A stretch of 64,000 bases of DNA from Dehalococcoidia bacterium (GTDB taxonomy: Bacteria > Chloroflexota > Dehalococcoidia > GIF9 > UBA5629): NCBI GenBank assembly GCA_003142375.1, contig PLME01000011.1, positions 14,599-78,598 of the forward strand. The letters are read 5' to 3'. The notes beneath the pieces were generated by a model. It had not been told where the DNA came from. It saw only the letters and a list, made by a program, of their open reading frames with translations, and did not search any database. A program made the translations under genes and the position numbers. Shown here piece by piece: positions 59,886 to 64,000 of the stretch; the stretch's first letter is position 1, and every line of letters begins with the position of its first letter.

Positions 59886-60811
59886 TAGCCTCTAATGCTG
59901 TTAAGAAAATTTTCTATAGTATAGTTTATTTGATTTTCTATATTATCTCCAATATCTAACCACTTGATGCGATTGTCAGAGATGTGAAACCAGGCGTATT
60001 GGCTGCGTGCAAACCGATGCGTCTCAAATTTTATCTTCTGTATCGCTGCATCCAGGTGCATCTCGCCATTCAGGTACGTTAATATCTGCCGGTATCCAAG
60101 ACTGGACATAGAAGGTAAACCGGCAGTGTATCCCATTGATAAAAGGTTTTTGACCTCATCGATGAGGCCGTCCGCAACCATCCTGTCAGTACGTCTGTCG
60201 ATCATTGTATACAAATTGTGTCTGTAGGCAGTCAACCCTATGATGAGCACCGGAAAAGGCACACCCTTTTTGGTCTGCAGTTTAGACGGCTTGTTGCCGG
60301 TCTTATGGTGGATTTCAAGCGCCCTGATTATGCGTCTCAGGTTATTTGGATCGATTCTACTCGCTGCAGCCGGGTCTATTTCGCTGAGTTCCCGGTATAA
60401 ACTGTATACACCATTTTCTTCGGCTTTTGACTGCAGGCTGTCTCTGAAAGCGTAGTCAGGCTCGACCTGCGGTATTTGCCATCCCTCGATAACAGACCAT
60501 ATGTATTGCCCGCTACCGCCAACCATGACAGGAATCTTGTTAGCTTCCAGGATCCTATCGATTACCGTATAAGCGGATGCCTGATACAAGGCAACGCTGT
60601 ACGCTTCGTCAGGATTTATTATGTCCAGCAAATGGTGAGGGACCACACCTTGCTCTGCCTTGCTGGGTTTAGCCGTGCCAATATCCATATACCGGTATAT
60701 TTGCCGGCTATCGGCATTAATAATTTCCCCGTTAAAAGCCTGTGCTATCTGGATACTGAGGTTACTCTTGCCTATTGCCGTCGGTCCGACAATGGCGACC
60801 AGGCATTTCAT
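59885..60811 (-). CDS. miaA: tRNA dimethylallyltransferase
   Basis: P-loop GPTAIGKS. DSRQIYR motif. Confidence 0.9.
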   Translation of the reverse strand: MKCLVAIVGPTAIGKSNLSIQIAQAFNGEIINADSRQIYRYMDIGTAKPSKAEQGVVPHHLLDIINPDEAYSVALYQASAYTVIDRILEANKIPVMVGGSGQYIWSVIEGWQIPQVEPDYAFRDSLQSKAEENGVYSLYRELSEIDPAAASRIDPNNLRRIIRALEIHHKTGNKPSKLQTKKGVPFPVLIIGLTAYRHNLYTMIDRRTDRMVADGLIDEVKNLLSMGYTAGLPSMSSLGYRQILTYLNGEMHLDAAIQKIKFETHRFARSQYAWFHISDNRIKWLDIGDNIENQINYTIENFLNSIRG

Positions 60812-60813
60812 GG

Positions 60814-61572
60814 CTACTGTTTTAGTGCCGCAGTCTGCCTGACTATCTCAATGAAATCCGAGGCTTTCAGGCTTGCCCCACCCACCAGGGCACCATCTAT
60901 ATGCGGCTCCCTGACAAATTCTGCTATATTGGCATCAGTAACGCTTCCTCCGTACAGAATTCTTACCGATTGAGCGATCTCACTATTCCATGTTGATGCC
61001 AGCGTACCCCTGATAAATTCTATGGTCCTGCCCGCCTGATCTCCGGTCGCGGCTTTCCCGGTCCCGATAGCCCATACCGGTTCATAGGCCACCACGATAT
61101 CTTTATTTGCGGATATTGCCTTTAATCCTCCTGTTACCTGCCTTGCCAAAATTTCTCTGGTCTTACCGGCTTCATTTTCCTGCAGCGATTCACCGATGCA
61201 AAAGATGGGCAACAGGCCGGTAGCCAAAGCAGCCTTTAGCTTCTCATTGACTATATCATCCGTTTCGCCGAAAAACTGTCTGCGCTCCGAGTGGCCGAGG
61301 ATAACGTATTTGCAGAGGCTTTTCAGCATCAACGGCGATATCTCTCCGGTGAAAGCGCCCTTTTCCTTGAAATACATATTCTGTGCCCCGACAGCGACCG
61401 CAGTATCCTTGACTATCTCGCTTACCCGTTGCAGAGAAATGAATGGGGGGCAAATAACCCGATCAATATTGCTTATAGCCTTCAATCCAGGCAGCATGTC
61501 CCTCGTCAGAATGACAGCCTCGTCAACGGTGGTATTCATTTTCCAGTTTCCGGCAATTAATGGTCTGCGCAT
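60814..61572 (-). CDS. tpiA: triose-phosphate isomerase
   Basis: AGNWKMN … ILGHSERR … YEPVWAIGTG signature. Confidence 0.9.
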   Translation of the reverse strand: MRRPLIAGNWKMNTTVDEAVILTRDMLPGLKAISNIDRVICPPFISLQRVSEIVKDTAVAVGAQNMYFKEKGAFTGEISPLMLKSLCKYVILGHSERRQFFGETDDIVNEKLKAALATGLLPIFCIGESLQENEAGKTREILARQVTGGLKAISANKDIVVAYEPVWAIGTGKAATGDQAGRTIEFIRGTLASTWNSEIAQSVRILYGGSVTDANIAEFVREPHIDGALVGGASLKASDFIEIVRQTAALKQ

Positions 61573-61636
61573 AATTACTCCGCACTAAAAAGGTACATAA
61601 TTCGATATTTACGGGGGATCTTCCGATTCAACGTTA

Positions 61637-62821
61637 TTATTCGTCGCTTAAAACATCAACACCGGGCAAGACTTCCCCTTCCAAAAAGTTCAAGCTGGCT
61701 CCACCGCCGGTGGATACGTGGGTCATCTTGGAACTCAGGTTCATCTCAGCCACGATTTCTGCAGTCGAACCTCCGCCGACTACAGTGGTTGCGTGCAGGT
61801 TGGCGAGCAGATCTGCCATGGCCCTGGTGCCGCGAGCAAACTGGGGAATTTCGATGACCCCCATTGGACCGTTCCAAAAGATGGTATGGCACTTTTTCAA
61901 GTTCTCGGTGAATAGCTCGATGGTTTGCGGGCCTATATCCACAATATATTTATTGGCAGGTATCATCGAAACCGGAGCTATAGAGAACCTGGCCTGGTCG
62001 TTGATGGCATCGGCCACGATAACGTCCAGGGGCAAGAGCAGGGACACGTTACTGGCTTTTGCCGAGGCAATTATCTGGTTGGCCAGGTCTTTTTTATCCA
62101 CTTCCACCGATGATAGTCCGACACCGTAATTTTGTGCGCTGAGAAAGGTGGCGGCCATACCGCCCCCTATGGGAAGGATATCGACTTTGCCCATCAAGTT
62201 ATTTATGAGCGTGATCTTATCGCTCACCTTGGCGCCCCCCAGCAGGGCTGCAAACGGATGCTGAGCATTGGTAAGAAGGTTGCCCAATGCCTTGAGTTCC
62301 TTCTCAAGTAGCAGACCGGCATATGAAGGCAGCAGTTTGGCCACTCCGTAATTGGAGGCATGCGCCCGGTGGGCTGTACCGAAAGCATCGTCGACATAGA
62401 TATCAGCCAGTTCAGCAAGCTGCCTGGCAAAATCGGGGTTATTCTTCTCTTCCTCAGGATGGAAGCGCAAATTCTCCAGTAATAATATGTCTCCGTTCTT
62501 TAACTTGGCTACGGCTTTCTTGACTTTCGGCCCCACGCAATCTGAGACCGTATAAATGGGTAAATTGGTCAATTGAGAAAGGCGCTCGGCAATAGGAGTC
62601 ATACACAGAGACTCGACAACCTTCCCATCGGGCCTGCCCAGGTGCGAGCAGAGGATTATCTTTGCTTTATGTTCCACCAGGTACCAAATAGTGGGCAAGC
62701 TGGCGATAATACGGCTGTCGTCCATGATTTCGTTGGTCTTCGGGTCAAGAGGCAAATTGAAATCAACCCTTACCAAAACTCGTTTCCCCGTCACTTCGAC
62801 CGCACGGATACTCTTTTTCAT
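61637..62821 (-). CDS. pgk: phosphoglycerate kinase
   Basis: Start at MKKSIRAVEVTGKRVLVRVDFN (AGGAG RBS). Canonical PGK motifs. Confidence 0.9.
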   Translation of the reverse strand: MKKSIRAVEVTGKRVLVRVDFNLPLDPKTNEIMDDSRIIASLPTIWYLVEHKAKIILCSHLGRPDGKVVESLCMTPIAERLSQLTNLPIYTVSDCVGPKVKKAVAKLKNGDILLLENLRFHPEEEKNNPDFARQLAELADIYVDDAFGTAHRAHASNYGVAKLLPSYAGLLLEKELKALGNLLTNAQHPFAALLGGAKVSDKITLINNLMGKVDILPIGGGMAATFLSAQNYGVGLSSVEVDKKDLANQIIASAKASNVSLLLPLDVIVADAINDQARFSIAPVSMIPANKYIVDIGPQTIELFTENLKKCHTIFWNGPMGVIEIPQFARGTRAMADLLANLHATTVVGGGSTAEIVAEMNLSSKMTHVSTGGGASLNFLEGEVLPGVDVLSDE

Positions 62822-63008
62822 CGAAATTATCTCCTGCTGTAATCGGTCAGCATACACCAAACGACATATAGATGTCTGACCCAACCAATGTTGAGTATAT
62901 CCAATGGCCGGAATTTGTTCAACATATACGTTTTAAACTATGCCAATATTTATTTTTCGATTCATTCATATTAAACTGTTATAAAGGCTTGCTGTAATAT
63001 TTTGAAAT

Positions 63009-63614
63009 ATGAAACCATCCGATATTAAAAGAGTTCCTCTGGTAATTGTAATATCCGGCCCGTCAGGCGTGGGGAAGGACGTAGTAATAGACGCCATAAT
63101 TGGCAAAAGCCGCAATTTCCATCATATAGTTACGGCAACTACCAGACAGAAGCGGCCGGGAGAGGTGGATGGCGTGGATTATCATTTCCTGTCCAAAGCT
63201 GAATTTAGACGAAAAATCGATGCAGAAGAGTTTTTGGAATATGCAGAAGTTTATGGCAATTACTATGGGGTACTGAAATCCGAGGTACAACGTGCTCTGC
63301 AGGATGGAAAAGATGTTATTTTAAAGGTTGATGTACAGGGTGCTGCTACACTAAAAAAGGTAATACCAGGAGCGCTGTTCATCTTTCTGGCGCCTCCTTC
63401 CATAGAGGATCTGCTCGAGCGGATGAAAAAGCGCAATGCGGACACGGATGAGGCGATGAGGGTCCGCATCAATAAAGCTAGAGAAGAGATGGAAAGCGGG
63501 AAATTATTTGATCACTCTGTAACAAATATGCGGAATAACCTGGACAGGACGGTAAACACCGTACACAGTCATATCAATAAATACCGCAGGACAAAACCAA
63601 CTATCAATATATGA
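63009..63614 (+). CDS. gmk: guanylate kinase
   Basis: P-loop GPSGVGKD and guanylate kinase core. Confidence 0.9.
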   Translation: MKPSDIKRVPLVIVISGPSGVGKDVVIDAIIGKSRNFHHIVTATTRQKRPGEVDGVDYHFLSKAEFRRKIDAEEFLEYAEVYGNYYGVLKSEVQRALQDGKDVILKVDVQGAATLKKVIPGALFIFLAPPSIEDLLERMKKRNADTDEAMRVRINKAREEMESGKLFDHSVTNMRNNLDRTVNTVHSHINKYRRTKPTINI

Positions 63615-63629
63615 GCCCGGCTGCCTGAT

Positions 63630-64000
63630 TCACCTGCTTTTTAATCCATCGATGAAATCGCTGATAAATTCGTTTACCGCTTGGGCGGGCGTGATTACAC
63701 CGTAATGACCCTCACACAAAATATCCGCCCTTATTTCCCTGAGCTTTTCAAGTGATTTTATGGCCTTTTGAGGCTCGCCACCCCACATCGGCTGGTACGG
63801 CCCGTGTATATCCTGCCCAAATAGTATCTTTTGGCCTTCAATATTATTGAGAACAACGGCAACGCTGCCAGGAGTATGGCCGGGTATATGTAAAAACTGG
63901 AATTCCAACGACCCTATTTTCAGATTGCTAGATTCGCCTTGTAACTTTATGTCAACTATGCAGGGCCGATATTTGACGCCGTAATACTCGGCGCCCACTT
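63630..64000 (-). CDS. MBL-fold metallo-hydrolase, C-terminal part; 5' end beyond the window
   Basis: HIPGHTPGS and downstream His/Asp ligands. The ORF is open to the window edge. Confidence 0.6.
   Translation of the reverse strand, partial: VGAEYYGVKYRPCIVDIKLQGESSNLKIGSLEFQFLHIPGHTPGSVAVVLNNIEGQKILFGQDIHGPYQPMWGGEPQKAIKSLEKLREIRADILCEGHYGVITPAQAVNEFISDFIDGLKSR

Overview
The window reads as bacterial chromosome at about 50% GC, with dense coding on both strands, probably from an anaerobe; lineage cannot be assigned from sequence alone. The backbone is central carbon and acyl-CoA metabolism plus housekeeping genes. A 4-hydroxybutyryl-CoA dehydratase (AbfD-like) sits with a TetR regulator and a glutaryl-CoA-dehydrogenase-like ACAD. 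A compact pyruvate,phosphate dikinase, an acyl-CoA ligase and an SDR follow. A long minus-strand block carries sucCD, then a succinate dehydrogenase/fumarate reductase operon (sdhA-C-D-B) bracketed by the two halves of a class-I fumarase, then malic enzyme, a second TetR, nadB and a butyrate/beta-oxidation set (thiolase, bcd, hbd, crt). The right end holds dapL-dapF-miaA-tpiA-pgk, gmk, hflX, a Xer-type recombinase and trxB. Accessory content includes an ice-binding-like (DUF3494) surface protein, a 7TM-PAS histidine kinase with a CheY-like regulator and a REC-PAS-HD-GYP protein, an MFS exporter, an orphan solute-binding protein, several tiny zinc-ribbon or Cys-rich proteins, and four tRNAs (Lys-TTT, Gly-CCC, Arg-TCT, Met-CAT). 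The most striking feature is a ~10 kb compositionally distinct segment (about 14579-24552) inserted at the 3' end of tRNA-Lys and flanked by an exact 17-bp direct repeat of that tRNA end. Its cargo is a single 2917-aa GC-rich gene that looks like a cyclic beta-1,2-glucan synthase (GT84 + GH94 architecture). An IS3-family (IS2-group) transposase pseudogene abuts the gene's start codon, and no integrase remains. No CRISPR array was seen. Every call is from reading the sequence and ORF translations; no database search was run.
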